Source: Deltaproteobacteria bacterium (GTDB taxonomy: Bacteria; Myxococcota_A; Polyangia; Fen-1088). From it: a stretch of 64,000 nucleotides of DNA. The translations under genes and the position numbers were made by a program. Where the stretch lies: the NCBI GenBank assembly GCA_016935975.1, contig JAFGPX010000259.1:11230-75229 (forward strand). Direction: 5' to 3'. Under the pieces are notes generated by a model. It saw only the letters and a list, made by a program, of their open reading frames with translations, did no database searches and was not told the DNA's origin. The number at the start of each line of letters is the position of its first letter. The stretch's first letter is position 1. Positions 12,536 to 23,536 of the stretch are shown here, in pieces.

Positions 12536-13381
12536 TTGTTCAGGCACGCGGTTCTCGCCCTGGCCCTGCTGTTGATTCCCGGTTTCGCCCGGGCGGCGGC
12601 GCGCGCTCCGGCGAAGACGAGCATCGTGAAGGCTGGCGGCACGGCAGGATCGGCCAAGGCATCCAAGAAGCTGAGGGCCAAGGCGTCGAAGAAACCGAAG
12701 AGGCTTTCGCGCTATGCGCCGGTCGAGCTCTTCCAGGTCAACACCAAAGAGCGTCTCAAGCTGCGCTTCTACGACGACAGGGGCAGGCCCATCAGAGGCT
12801 GGCAGAAGCGCTTCAACCGGTTCATGCGCTGCCATCAAACCGGCAAGGTCTTCCGAATGGACGTCCGCCTGGCTCGTATACTCTACCAGATAGGCCGTCA
12901 TTTCGAAGGGCACCGCTTGGAGGTGGTCTCGGGCTTTCGCCACCCCAAGGTGGCCAAGAACCCGAAGAGCCCGCACAAGCAGGGCTTGGCGTGTGACTTC
13001 CGGGTGGCCGGCATCTCCAACGCAGTCCTGCGCGACTACCTGCGCAAGACGTTCAAACACACGGGCGTGGGCTACTATCCCAATTCGGTTTTCGTCCACC
13101 TCGACAATCGCAGAAAGGGGCCGTCGGCCTTCTGGATCGACTACGCGGGGCCTGGCGAGGCGGCGTCCTATGCGGAAAACCCGCGCGAAGATCTACGCAA
13201 CGGTCGCGCCGACCGCAAGCGGGGGCACGTCGAGGAGGAGGCGGGGCGTTCCGAGGGCGCGGACGACATGGCGCTGGCCGGCGTGGCCAGACTGGCGCGA
13301 GGCGCACCGTCGCGGGGCGAGAATACCTCGGGCTGGAGCCCCGTCGAAATCAAGGCACCCCCGGACACTTTCGGCGATTGA
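12536..13381 (+). CDS. Secreted DUF882 / peptidase M15A (YcbK-like) family protein
   Basis: Signal peptide (FRHAVLALALLLIPGFARA). M15A zinc-ligand pattern: SGFRHP...HKQGLACDF...VHLDNR. The start is probably TTG, preceded by GGAG. Confidence 0.7.
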   Translation: MFRHAVLALALLLIPGFARAAARAPAKTSIVKAGGTAGSAKASKKLRAKASKKPKRLSRYAPVELFQVNTKERLKLRFYDDRGRPIRGWQKRFNRFMRCHQTGKVFRMDVRLARILYQIGRHFEGHRLEVVSGFRHPKVAKNPKSPHKQGLACDFRVAGISNAVLRDYLRKTFKHTGVGYYPNSVFVHLDNRRKGPSAFWIDYAGPGEAASYAENPREDLRNGRADRKRGHVEEEAGRSEGADDMALAGVARLARGAPSRGENTSGWSPVEIKAPPDTFGD

Positions 13382-13444
13382 GCGTTGTGCATCAACCGCT
13401 TCCGGTGCTAGTGTTTGCCAGCCTTCGATCCAAGGAGAAGCGAG

Positions 13445-14383
13445 ATGAGAAGATCCGGACTTTTCTTCCTGGTAATGGTCGTAGCCGTAGCAACTGCTTC
13501 CGTGGTATTCGCGAAAGGCAAGAAGAGGAGGGCCGAGAAGGCGAGAGGCCCGGCGCCGGTCGCCAAGGCCGCGGAGATCAAGGAGTTCAAAGGAGAGTTC
13601 AAGTGGGGCATGAGCCCCAAGGACGTCATCGACAAGCTCAATGTCAAGATCGACGCTGCCTTCAAGGACCAGGTCGAGAAGTACCGCACGGATCCCGCGA
13701 AGTCGGATAGCGTCCGCCGCCAGATCAAGGCGGAAAAGGAGCGCGTGGCCAAGAGCCTGTTCAAGTTCGACGGCCAGAAGGGCGGCTGGGACGTGTCGAT
13801 CATCGATCAGGAATTCCTGCAGAAGAACGGCGAGTCGATGCTCTACTACAAGGAGCCGAAATCGACGCGCTACTTCTTCTTCTCGGGCGATTCGCTCTAC
13901 AAGATGTTCGTGGCTTTCGACAAGGACGTGGTCGCGGGCAAGAGCTTCCAGGAGTTCGGGGATCTGATGCAGCAGAAGTACGGCAAAGCCCAGATGGTGT
14001 ACCGGGACGTGGTGCTGCACGGCAAGAAAGACAGGGTTCTCGACGCTTTTCAGTGGCGCTCGGCCGAGGGGGATGGCTTGCGTCTGGTCGACCGCTCGAA
14101 GTTCTATGACGTTTATTGCCTGGTCATCTACGACCACGGGGTCGCCGATCGGCAGGAGGAAGTCAGGAAGAGCCAGGCCGCAGCCGCACCCAAGGGCTCG
14201 TTCGTGGACAGCGTGATCGAGGACAAGCTCAGCGATCGTGACGAGAACGACAATGTCATCGATCGCATTACCGGCAAGGAAGTGCTCAAGCCCGGCGAGC
14301 GTCGCGGCGGCAACCAGAACATCAAGGTGCCCTCGCCGGCCAGCGGCAGCGGCGAGATGAAGGCCGAGGACCGGGCCTACTAG
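13445..14383 (+). CDS. Secreted hypothetical protein (Lys/Glu-rich, signal peptide)
   Basis: ATG with AAGGAG seven nucleotides upstream; N-terminal hydrophobic helix LFFLVMVVAVATASVVFA; lower-GC codon usage than the antisense ORF 13193..14662. Track start 13415 is TTG. Confidence 0.55.
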   Translation: MRRSGLFFLVMVVAVATASVVFAKGKKRRAEKARGPAPVAKAAEIKEFKGEFKWGMSPKDVIDKLNVKIDAAFKDQVEKYRTDPAKSDSVRRQIKAEKERVAKSLFKFDGQKGGWDVSIIDQEFLQKNGESMLYYKEPKSTRYFFFSGDSLYKMFVAFDKDVVAGKSFQEFGDLMQQKYGKAQMVYRDVVLHGKKDRVLDAFQWRSAEGDGLRLVDRSKFYDVYCLVIYDHGVADRQEEVRKSQAAAAPKGSFVDSVIEDKLSDRDENDNVIDRITGKEVLKPGERRGGNQNIKVPSPASGSGEMKAEDRAY

Positions 14384-14450
14384 ATCGCTGTGTCGCAGTC
14401 TCCGCCCTTGACAGGGGCGGTCTGCATCAGCATGATTCGCACCCTTCCCA

Positions 14451-14714
14451 ATGGCGAACATCCAATCTTCAGCGAAGAAGAACCGGCAGCGCATCAAGGC
14501 GGAGGCCCGAAATGCCAGCCAGAAGTCGGCGATGCGTACGGCCGTCAAGAAGCTACGCGCTGCGATCGCGACCAAGGACGAGAAGCGAACGGTCGCGCTT
14601 CTCAAGGAGGCGACCAAGCTCGTCGCCCGTCTGGGCAGGCGTGGGATCATCAAGCGGCGCATGGCATCGCGAGAGATCTCGCGGCTGACGCGCGCTTCGA
14701 ATGCCGGGGCGTAG
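14451..14714 (+). CDS. rpsT: 30S ribosomal protein S20
   Basis: 87 aa; MANIQSSAKKNRQRIKAEARN...IIKRRMASREISRL is the classic S20 sequence. Confidence 0.9.
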   Translation: MANIQSSAKKNRQRIKAEARNASQKSAMRTAVKKLRAAIATKDEKRTVALLKEATKLVARLGRRGIIKRRMASREISRLTRASNAGA

Positions 14715-14875
14715 GCCTCGACAGTCAGGCCGCCGGCGCGGCCGCTGGGCGCTGGGCCGAGGCCGACGGGTGCGTCCGTGGGCGGCAGCGGGGGCGTGGG
14801 CGGCCAGCGTGTGCGCGGCTCGCGTGGCTTCGCGCGCGTTCTGCGTGGCGCTTGCCGCCGACGTCGGCGTGGCCC

Positions 14876-15892
14876 CTACTTCCCTGCCGCTTCTTCGGCC
14901 AGCCGGCGCACGAGGCGGGTCATCTGGACCTCGGGGTCGATGCGCGAGGACTTGAGGCTGCGGTCGGCCTGGTAGAGGTGCGCGAAGCTGCGCACGAGCG
15001 CGGTTGTGCTCATGCGCCTGGCAGGCGTCAGGACGTCCTCCAGAAAGAACGGAGCGATGCCGATGGCCGACGCCATCTCGTCACGCGGAGTCGAGGCCGC
15101 CACCAGCTCCTTGGCGCGCCAGATCTGGCGTAGCTGGCGCAGCAGCATGAACTGGATCTTGAGGGCCGGCTCGCGGTTGCGCAACAGGTTGGCCACCAGG
15201 CGCACGGCCTGGGCGCTGTCGCCGGTGGCGATGGCACGCGTGAGTTCGAAGATGCCCCTTTCGCGCGATTCGGGGACGATCTCCTCGACGTGTTCGCGCT
15301 TGATGGGGCCGTTGGCGAAAAGCGCAACCTGCTCCAATGCCTGCACCACCCGGCCGAGGTCCGGGCCCGCGGCCTCGGCCAGGGCCGCGACCGCGGCGCT
15401 ATCGATGGCGAGCCGGCGGCGCCTGGCCTCCCCGGCCAGCCAGGCCACGAGATCCCGATCCCTGAGCCTGGCGAACTCGTGGAGGAACCCCGCTTTGCGC
15501 AGGGCAAGGAAGACGCGCAGACGGCCGTCCACTTTCTCGCCAAGCAGTACCAGACAGCAGCGCGGGTTGGGGTCGGCCACGTAGGCCAGAAGCGGCTCCA
15601 TCTGCTCGGCCTTCACGGCATCGATGCCCGAGGCGATGACCAGCCTGCGTTTGCTCCACATCGGCAAGGTGCGCGCGGCGGCGATGACCTGGAGGAAGGG
15701 TGTCTCCCTGAGGTCGAAGACATCCCGGTCGAAGGCGGCGGGCGCGCTCTTCTCGCCGCCCAGCGCGGCGGTGCGGATGGCCGCGACGGCACGGTCGACC
15801 AGGAAACGCTCGCTGCCGTGCAAGCAGTAGATGGGGGCCAGATCGCCTTTGGCGATGTCGGCCAGGATGTCGGGGTTGGCGGTCTTGGCCAC
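14876..15892 (-). CDS. holA: DNA polymerase III delta subunit
   Basis: 338 aa; N-terminal HolA pattern (LAPIYCLHGSERFLVDRA) and delta C-terminal helical domain. Probable GTG start. Confidence 0.75.
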   Translation of the reverse strand: MAKTANPDILADIAKGDLAPIYCLHGSERFLVDRAVAAIRTAALGGEKSAPAAFDRDVFDLRETPFLQVIAAARTLPMWSKRRLVIASGIDAVKAEQMEPLLAYVADPNPRCCLVLLGEKVDGRLRVFLALRKAGFLHEFARLRDRDLVAWLAGEARRRRLAIDSAAVAALAEAAGPDLGRVVQALEQVALFANGPIKREHVEEIVPESRERGIFELTRAIATGDSAQAVRLVANLLRNREPALKIQFMLLRQLRQIWRAKELVAASTPRDEMASAIGIAPFFLEDVLTPARRMSTTALVRSFAHLYQADRSLKSSRIDPEVQMTRLVRRLAEEAAGK

Positions 15893-15905
15893 GCTTGCGT
15901 CCGGG

Positions 15906-17819
15906 CTATTTCAGGATGCGGACGGATTCGCCGTCCACGACATAGACGAGCGGCGGATCGATGCGGCTTCGGTCGGGTCCGAAACGAATGTCGCCGGTCA
16001 GGCCCTCGAAAGTCTGGGTGCCGAGGACGCGCAGCACGTCGGCGCGGGTTCTGGCGCCGCGCTCGACTGCGCCACGCAGGAGGAAGAGAGCATCGTAGCC
16101 ATAGGCATCCGTGGCGGTTGGCGAAGTGCCGTAGAGTCCCTTGAAGCGAGAGATGAAGCTCGCGCTCCGCGTGTCCTCGCCGGGATAGAAGCCAGGGCAG
16201 AGCATGGTCCCTTGAACGTAGCGTTCGACGTTGCGCAGGGACTTGGCCGAGATGCCGAGAGCGGTCGAAAGCAGCAAGCTCTCGCGGCGGCCGGGGCCCG
16301 AGGTGGCCGCGGAACGGGCCGACGAGAAGGCCAGGCGGGGCGAGCGTGGCCAGATATCGGCCACGGCGAGCGCCGGCGCGATGAGCTCGAGCCGGGCGGC
16401 GTTGTCCGGGATGTAGAGCGCGTCGAAAGGCAGCCTGCGCAGATTGGCTATCTCGTTGGCGAAGGTCGTGGCTCCCGGCGCGTAGGTGACGTATGCGGTG
16501 AGGGAGCCACCGCCTCTCTCCACCGCCCCGCGAAACGCGGCGGACAACCGCTTGCCCGCGCCGGTGTCGGGGCCCAAGATCGCGAACCGCCGGGCGCCCA
16601 GGGCGAGCGCCCGGCGCGCCAAGGTCACGGCGCGCGTCTCCGCCGCATGGATGACCGCGAACGCCGTGCTTTGGCCGCCGCCACTTCGCTCGTCGAGCAG
16701 GACGACGGGGATACCCTCGCGCGCGGCGTATTCCGCGCCGCGGGTGTCGGGCGTGGACACCACGCCGATGACCTTCTCCTCCCGGGCCAGGCCCAGGATG
16801 CCGGCCGAGGTTCCGCCGCCCAGGGGCGAACGCTCCGGCCCCGTCGCGGCGTCGCGCAGCAGGAGATGGAACTGGACCGGATTGGCGGCGTGGGTCGCGG
16901 CCGTGATCACGAGTGCGGCGCCGCGCAGGATGACTTCGCCGAGGCGTGCTTGGGCGCCGGAGAGCGGCACGACGAGACCCAGTCGCAGGGGATCTGCGGC
17001 AATCGCCGACGGTAGCTGCCGTTCGAATCCGAGCTGGCGACGGATGCCCATGACCTCCCGCTCCAGTCGGTCCGCGTTGCCTTTGTCCCCTCGCGCGCGC
17101 AAGGCAGCGACCGCCTTCTGTCCCAACACCGCACGTGCCAGCAGGCCGCGGCGGCCCACCAGGGCCTGCACGGCCGCAGGACCCGCGACTCTGACGGCGA
17201 ACTCCTGCGCGCGCTTGACGGCGTAGATACGCTCGGCAGGTCGGTTGCCTTCGATCTGCGCGTACAGCTCGAGCTGATCGATGGCGTCGCCGGGGTTGCC
17301 CAGCGCGAACAGCGACTCGGCCAGCGTCGAACGCAGCAGACGACGAACGTCGGGATCTGGCAACCCGCCCATGCCCAGGGGCGGAGCCGCGCCGAGGTAC
17401 CTCTGCAGCAGAGAGAGCGCGCGCGCATGGTCGAGCAGCTGTCCCGCGCACAAGCCGTCGAAGAACTCGCGCTCCGCGGCCGGCAGATAGGCGGTGTTGT
17501 CGTCGAGCACGGTCTTCGCCGCCGGCGCATCGCCTTGCAGCAGCAGAACCCCGATGAGCATGGCCGCGGCAGCGGGGCGTTGGTGGTGGTGGGGATGATG
17601 AAGCAAGAAGGCTTCCAGGCTGGCGCGCGCGCCGGGGTCGTAGACATTGGCCGCGCGGTTGGCGACCACGCGGAAATCGGCATCGCCGCCGGGATCGCCA
17701 GCGCCGCCGATACCCGCTAGGCCCTGGGCCGGTGGCAGGGGCTCCAAGGGCTTGTCCGCGCTCGCCTGCGTCGAAGCGCAGCCAAGCAAGAGCAGGAAAC
17801 CCAAAACGCCAAAGCGCAT
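15906..17819 (-). CDS. LppC/LpoA-like lipoprotein with periplasmic-binding-protein (PBP type 1) domain
   Basis: The first ATG gives MRFGVLGFLLLLGCAS with lipobox LLGC; TPR-like N-terminal half and ANF/PBP1-like C-terminal half. It sits upstream of holA, where the lptE/lipoprotein gene usually lies. Confidence 0.6.
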   Translation of the reverse strand: MRFGVLGFLLLLGCASTQASADKPLEPLPPAQGLAGIGGAGDPGGDADFRVVANRAANVYDPGARASLEAFLLHHPHHHQRPAAAAMLIGVLLLQGDAPAAKTVLDDNTAYLPAAEREFFDGLCAGQLLDHARALSLLQRYLGAAPPLGMGGLPDPDVRRLLRSTLAESLFALGNPGDAIDQLELYAQIEGNRPAERIYAVKRAQEFAVRVAGPAAVQALVGRRGLLARAVLGQKAVAALRARGDKGNADRLEREVMGIRRQLGFERQLPSAIAADPLRLGLVVPLSGAQARLGEVILRGAALVITAATHAANPVQFHLLLRDAATGPERSPLGGGTSAGILGLAREEKVIGVVSTPDTRGAEYAAREGIPVVLLDERSGGGQSTAFAVIHAAETRAVTLARRALALGARRFAILGPDTGAGKRLSAAFRGAVERGGGSLTAYVTYAPGATTFANEIANLRRLPFDALYIPDNAARLELIAPALAVADIWPRSPRLAFSSARSAATSGPGRRESLLLSTALGISAKSLRNVERYVQGTMLCPGFYPGEDTRSASFISRFKGLYGTSPTATDAYGYDALFLLRGAVERGARTRADVLRVLGTQTFEGLTGDIRFGPDRSRIDPPLVYVVDGESVRILK

Positions 17820-17854
17820 GGAGTATTTGTACGCCACTCGCACGGGCGAGTCGA

Positions 17855-19303
<1,449 letters not shown>

Positions 19304-19356
19304 GCGCCTTCTGTCCGCTGATCCTTCCCCAACCCTGGCCGCGGGGCAAGGAGTGG

Positions 19357-20169
19357 TTAGCTCAGCATCAGCGACTTGAGACCGCCGTTCGGGAAACGCA
19401 CGAGCAGGCTCGAACGCAGCACGGTCTCGACCTTGCCGCGGCCGAACTCGGGGTGCGAAATGACCTCGCCCACCTTGTAGCGGTCGCGGGCATCGAAGGA
19501 GCGAACATGGGTGGCTTCCGCCAGTTCGCGGCCGAGGACACGCAATTCCTCGGCCTTCTGCTCGGCCCGGCGCGCGGCTTCCGTCTCCTGCGGCGACGCC
19601 GCTGCAGCGGCTTTCTCCGTGGACCGGCGCGCGGGGGCGGTGCGGTAGCCGTGCCGGGCATTGCAGGCCTGGCAGACCACTTGCCTCGGCGCGTTGCCGA
19701 CCATGGCGATGATGGAATGGGTGGTGAGGCGGTCGCACGGGCCGCACCAGGCGTCGACCTCGCCGCCCACGCGCAAGGCAGGCGAACCGACGTTGCCCAT
19801 GGGGCGATCGCTACGCCAGGAAACCCCGGTGATCCGGCGCGCCTCGACCTCCGATGGCGCGGCACTGGCTTGGTCGCCGGTGTGCTCGCTGCCGATGCCG
19901 CCGATGCGGGGTAGCATCGAAGCGAGGCGGCGCAGGTCGGTCACGCGGCGGCCGAGCTTGCGCTCGATGGTTTCCCGCTCGGCTTCGGGACCGCTGGTGC
20001 ACAGATCGCGGTAGCGTTTCGACAAGCGCTCGACGGCCAGGTGCGCGTTCTTGACCAATTCGCGATCCTCGGCTCTTTCTTGCGCCGAGTGGACGAGCAG
20101 GGCCACTTCTCGTATCTCCTCGGTCAATTGCTCTAGCGACGATGTCATGCTGCCGGGACTTACTCCCAT
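19357..20169 (-). CDS. Hypothetical protein with CxxC...CxxC zinc-ribbon
   Basis: ATG start; zinc-ribbon [11 protein letters not shown]...[10 protein letters not shown]; C-terminal [16 protein letters not shown] motif. Its composition looks coding, unlike the overlapping plus-strand ORFs. Confidence 0.5.
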   Translation of the reverse strand: MGVSPGSMTSSLEQLTEEIREVALLVHSAQERAEDRELVKNAHLAVERLSKRYRDLCTSGPEAERETIERKLGRRVTDLRRLASMLPRIGGIGSEHTGDQASAAPSEVEARRITGVSWRSDRPMGNVGSPALRVGGEVDAWCGPCDRLTTHSIIAMVGNAPRQVVCQACNARHGYRTAPARRSTEKAAAAASPQETEAARRAEQKAEELRVLGRELAEATHVRSFDARDRYKVGEVISHPEFGRGKVETVLRSSLLVRFPNGGLKSLMLS

Positions 20170-20316
20170 GACTGCGGCAGGAATTCAATATCCTCGTTTG
20201 GGACTACGAGTTGTGACTGGGGCAACGCTCGGTCGGCCCTGGCTTGGCAAGTGGTGATTGCTTCGCTCGGCAAGCCCGTCTAGCATACGGCCCGTCTCGC
20301 CTCCAGGAGCCACCGC

Positions 20317-22701
20317 ATGCGAACAATACCCGGTTCACTCGTTTCGCTTCTCGTCCTTGCTCTCGTTCCCGCGGCTGTGTCGGCCCAGCCTGGCGGCACG
20401 ACGCCACCTCCGGCACCCTGGCCGCCGCCTGCGGCGGCACCGGCGTATCCCGCGCCGACCTATCCGGCTCCCTACCCGGCGTCCGCGTATCCGGCTCCCG
20501 CACCGGCGCCGGCTCCCGCACCGGCGCCGGCTCCTATCCCCGTCTATCCCGCGCCGGGTCCCGTTCCCGCCCCGGGTCCTGCTCCCGCGCCAGCGCCGGC
20601 GCTTGCTCCGTTTGAGGGCGGGGAACCGGATGCGGCCCCGGAGCCCGCCACAGCTCCGGCCGCGGCTCCTGTTCCGGCGCCGGCGCCCGCCGCTTTGGAG
20701 CCCGACGCCACAACCGTCGCGCCTTCGCCGGAGACGGCGATCTCCGAGTCCGACGAACGCCCGCGCGGTTTCGTGCCGCAACTCAGCCTGGGCGGCTCGG
20801 TCGGGCTTCTGCACATGGGCTCGGCCGACGTCGGCAATGTCGGCCAGCTTCGCGTGGGCCTCCACGGCGAGTATTTCACGGGCAGCAACTTCTTGGTCCA
20901 GAGCGAATCCCCGCCGGCAAGTGACCGGAACCGGCGGCTGCAAGGCGCGCTTGCCTTCGGGGTCACCCCCATCGAACACCTCGAGATCTTTGGCGCCGTC
21001 CTGGGTTCCGCGAACGAGAACCGTCGTCTGTGCAGCACCGACCTTTCCGGCCAAGAGGTCTGCGTCTCCGAGGCCAATCGCACCGATCCCGAGCTCATCA
21101 AGTCGTTCGGCGATCTCCTGCTGGGGGCCAAGTTGGCCTATGGCGTGGGTCCGGGATTCTCGGCGGGCGGTGAGCTGGGGGTGCGCATGATGTCCTCGAT
21201 CAACGGCATCTCCTTCTCTCCGGACTCGACCTCGTTCTGGGTCAATGCCCTGGGCGCCTACGATCTCAAGCCGGCTAGGGAGGACGTGCCCCTTCGCTTC
21301 CACATGAACCTCGGGTACTACGTCGACAATTCCCGATACCTCGTGGACTACGATGCCAACGGCACGTCGGCTTTTTCCCGCTACGTTTCCCAATTCGCCT
21401 ACGGCATCTCGGGCAGCCGCTTCCGCCTGGCGCTGGCCGCGGACGCTCCCTTGCACGAGCTGGCCGAGGGGTTCTCGCTGCGCCCGCTCGTCGAGTACCA
21501 CTTCGAGTACCTGACCAGTTCGCCCGACCCGGAGATCGACCGCCAGCAGCACGTGGTCGGGCTTTGCGGCCAGCCAGGCAACGAGGCCTGCAAGGACAAC
21601 AAGGATCAGCACTGGGTGACTCTCGGCGTGCAGGGACAGGTGTTGCACGGCTTGACCCTCACGGTCGGCGTTGACGTCGCCCTGCGTTCGCCCGGGTACG
21701 CCTACGGTCCGGCCCTTGCGCCGTGGAACCTGCTTTTCGGTCTCGGCTACGCCCTGGACCTGGTGCCGCGCATCGTGCGCCACGTCCCGGTCGAGAAGGT
21801 CGTCATCAAGGAAGCGGCCATAAGCGAGGGGCTGGTGGCGGGACGGGTGGTCAGCGCCGCGGGGACGCCGGTCGAGAATGCCATCGTGGGCGTGAGCGGG
21901 CGGCAGCACTCGCGCGTGGTGACGGAGGCGGATGGCTCGTTCCAGAGCGTGCCGCTCGCGCCCGGACCGGTCGAGCTGGTGGTCGTGGCCGACGGTTTCG
22001 AAAGCGCCACCATGCGGACCGAGGTCATTGCGGGGCAGACCGCCAACATCGTGCTTCGTCTCACCCCCAAGCCGCCGGCGGCCCGCGCCTCCGGACGGGT
22101 CAGCGACGATTCCGGCAAAGGCGTGGTGGCCACCATCAAGCTGGCGGGGCCGCAAATCGCCGAAGGCAAGTCGGACGAGTCGGGCAACTTCGCGATCCCG
22201 GTCGCGCCTGGGGTGTACACCCTGCGGGTCGATGCGCCCGGATTCCTGTCCAAGGAGAGCCAAGTGACGGTAGCCGACGGCCGCGAGGGTGGGGTCAGCA
22301 TCACCTTGCACACCCGGCCGGCCGTGGCTGGGGTGAGCTTCAAGGACGGCAAGTTCAAGCTGCGTCAGGCGGTCACTTTCAAGCGTGTGCGTGGCAAAGC
22401 GGGCCCCGAGTTGACGGCGGGAATGCCGCACTTGCTTGACGAGGTGGTGGACATCCTGGCAAACCACCCCGAGATCCGCCGGATTCGCGTGGAGGCGCAC
22501 TGGGACGGCGGAATCGCCGCTAGCAAGGCGCAGGCCCTGACCGAAGCGCAGGCCAAGGCCGTCGCGAAGTACCTCGTGGAGCAAGGCATTGCGCCCGAGC
22601 GCGTGGTCGCGGAAGGCATGGGCGCCAAGAAACCGATCGTGCCCAACCTGGGGAAGGGCAAGCTCAAGAACCGCCGCGTCGAGTTCGTGGTGGTGGAGTA
22701 G
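20317..22701 (+). CDS. OmpA-family outer-membrane protein with Pro/Ala-rich linker, carboxypeptidase-regulatory-like domains and C-terminal OmpA domain
   Basis: Signal peptide (LLVLALVPAAVSA), PAPAPAPAPAP low-complexity region, a beta-rich middle, two CarbopepD_reg-like segments (GRVVSAAGTPVENAIVGV..., GRVSDDSGKGVVATIKL...) and a C-terminal OmpA peptidoglycan-binding motif (NRRVEFVVVE). AGGAG Shine-Dalgarno upstream. Confidence 0.8.
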   Translation: MRTIPGSLVSLLVLALVPAAVSAQPGGTTPPPAPWPPPAAAPAYPAPTYPAPYPASAYPAPAPAPAPAPAPAPIPVYPAPGPVPAPGPAPAPAPALAPFEGGEPDAAPEPATAPAAAPVPAPAPAALEPDATTVAPSPETAISESDERPRGFVPQLSLGGSVGLLHMGSADVGNVGQLRVGLHGEYFTGSNFLVQSESPPASDRNRRLQGALAFGVTPIEHLEIFGAVLGSANENRRLCSTDLSGQEVCVSEANRTDPELIKSFGDLLLGAKLAYGVGPGFSAGGELGVRMMSSINGISFSPDSTSFWVNALGAYDLKPAREDVPLRFHMNLGYYVDNSRYLVDYDANGTSAFSRYVSQFAYGISGSRFRLALAADAPLHELAEGFSLRPLVEYHFEYLTSSPDPEIDRQQHVVGLCGQPGNEACKDNKDQHWVTLGVQGQVLHGLTLTVGVDVALRSPGYAYGPALAPWNLLFGLGYALDLVPRIVRHVPVEKVVIKEAAISEGLVAGRVVSAAGTPVENAIVGVSGRQHSRVVTEADGSFQSVPLAPGPVELVVVADGFESATMRTEVIAGQTANIVLRLTPKPPAARASGRVSDDSGKGVVATIKLAGPQIAEGKSDESGNFAIPVAPGVYTLRVDAPGFLSKESQVTVADGREGGVSITLHTRPAVAGVSFKDGKFKLRQAVTFKRVRGKAGPELTAGMPHLLDEVVDILANHPEIRRIRVEAHWDGGIAASKAQALTEAQAKAVAKYLVEQGIAPERVVAEGMGAKKPIVPNLGKGKLKNRRVEFVVVE
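20395..20700 (+). repeat. Pro-Ala coding low-complexity tandem repeats (CCGGCGCCGGCTCCCGCA units) inside the ompA-like gene
   Basis: Direct visual repeats encoding (PA)n / PAPGP. Confidence 0.6.
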
Positions 22702-22712
22702 GTAGCGTCGGC

Positions 22713-22962
22713 GAGGAAGTCCGTAGAGGGCGCCAGAGGGGGACGAGGGCGCAGAGGCCGGAGCGGATTGCCGCACCGGCCTCGGGAGCCGTGGGGGACA
22801 AAACGGGGTCGTGGCCGCGGTCGCCAACGTCTACGGCCACGGTCACGTAGACGTCCACGACCAGCCATAGGGCGACGCCCACGGCCAGGTTCACGACGTC
22901 GCGCGGGACTCGGGGCCGGCCGCTCTGTGCCCTCGTCCCCCTCTGCGACCTCTACCCTTCCT
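22713..22962. repeat. Palindromic element copy G: about 250 bp with ~47-bp terminal inverted repeats
   Basis: Left TIR GAGGAAGTCCGTAGAGGGCGCCAGAGGGGGACGAGGGCGCAGAGGCCGG; the reverse complement of the right TIR is AGGAAGGGTAGAGGTCGCAGAGGGGGACGAGGGCACAGAGCGGCCGG (about 90% identical). It fills the whole gap between the convergent ompA and exbD genes, and its right end overlaps the exbD stop. Confidence 0.65.
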
Positions 22963-23536
22963 ATTCGCGTGACTTCAATACGAGCAGTCGGTAGTTCGCG
23001 TACTCGGCTTGGCCACACGAATACAGGACCTCGGTCAGCAGCCGATAGGGTGTGTTCCGATCCGCGATGATGGTCAACTCGCCTTCGAACTTCTGCCCGC
23101 TCATCTCCGCGATCTTCTTCTCCCGTCGGGCCACCTTGGACAGCGTTTCCACGAGCGGCGTGATGTAGTAGCCGTTGTCGCCGTCGCGCTTGAGCTGCGG
23201 ATCGATGCGCCCGTTGGTGATGGGCGCCACGGCGTCGCCCTCGACCAGCAGGACCCGCTTGGTGATGGTCACCGGCACCGCTTGCTTGGGTGCCAGCTGC
23301 GTCATCGACGGCGGCAGCATCAGGTTCTGGTCCATGTTCACGATCTCTGCCGACGAGGTGAAGCTCTTGAGCAAGAAGACCAGGATGATGGTCATCATGT
23401 CCATCATCGGGGTGATGTTCAGGTCCTTGATGTCCTCGGGCTCGGCCAGCTTGCGCGCGTAGCTGCGAATGGCCTTTTTTCCGGCAAGCCGGGCAGCCCA
23501 GGGGGAGGCAGGTTTCGCGCCGTCGGTTGCCATCAC
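22961..23536 (-). CDS. exbD: ExbD/TolR family biopolymer transport protein
   Basis: Single TM helix (MMDMMTIILVFLL) and periplasmic ExbD fold. Its start overlaps the stop of the upstream exbD paralog (GTGATG), suggesting translational coupling. Confidence 0.8.
   Translation of the reverse strand: MMATDGAKPASPWAARLAGKKAIRSYARKLAEPEDIKDLNITPMMDMMTIILVFLLKSFTSSAEIVNMDQNLMLPPSMTQLAPKQAVPVTITKRVLLVEGDAVAPITNGRIDPQLKRDGDNGYYITPLVETLSKVARREKKIAEMSGQKFEGELTIIADRNTPYRLLTEVLYSCGQAEYANYRLLVLKSRE

Noticed and set aside
14715-14875. Possible rho-independent terminator GGCCGCcggcGCGGCC in the convergent gap between rpsT and holA.
   Set aside because: It is a short 6-bp stem without a U-tract and is not distinguishable from background GC-rich palindromes. 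Confidence is too low to annotate.
19304-19747. 148-aa N-terminal extension of the NtrC-like ORF in the track. Similar extensions occur on exbB (24736-25092) and the epimerase (62719-62970).
   Set aside because: The extensions are R/P/G/H-rich, precede the first domain-conserved Met, and in two cases are translations of intergenic repeat elements.
20250-20280. Possible sigma-54 (-24/-12) promoter TGGCAAGTGGTGATTGCT upstream of the ompA-like gene, next to the NtrC-family regulator.
   Set aside because: The GG and GC elements are spaced 12 nt apart instead of the required 10. The adjacent regulator also lacks a functional GAFTGA motif.
22664-22894. 76-aa ORF inside the core of element G.
   Set aside because: The reading frame is low-complexity and P/T/R-rich, on the minus strand, with no start context. 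It lies inside a repeat and is unlikely to be a transposase or any other real gene.
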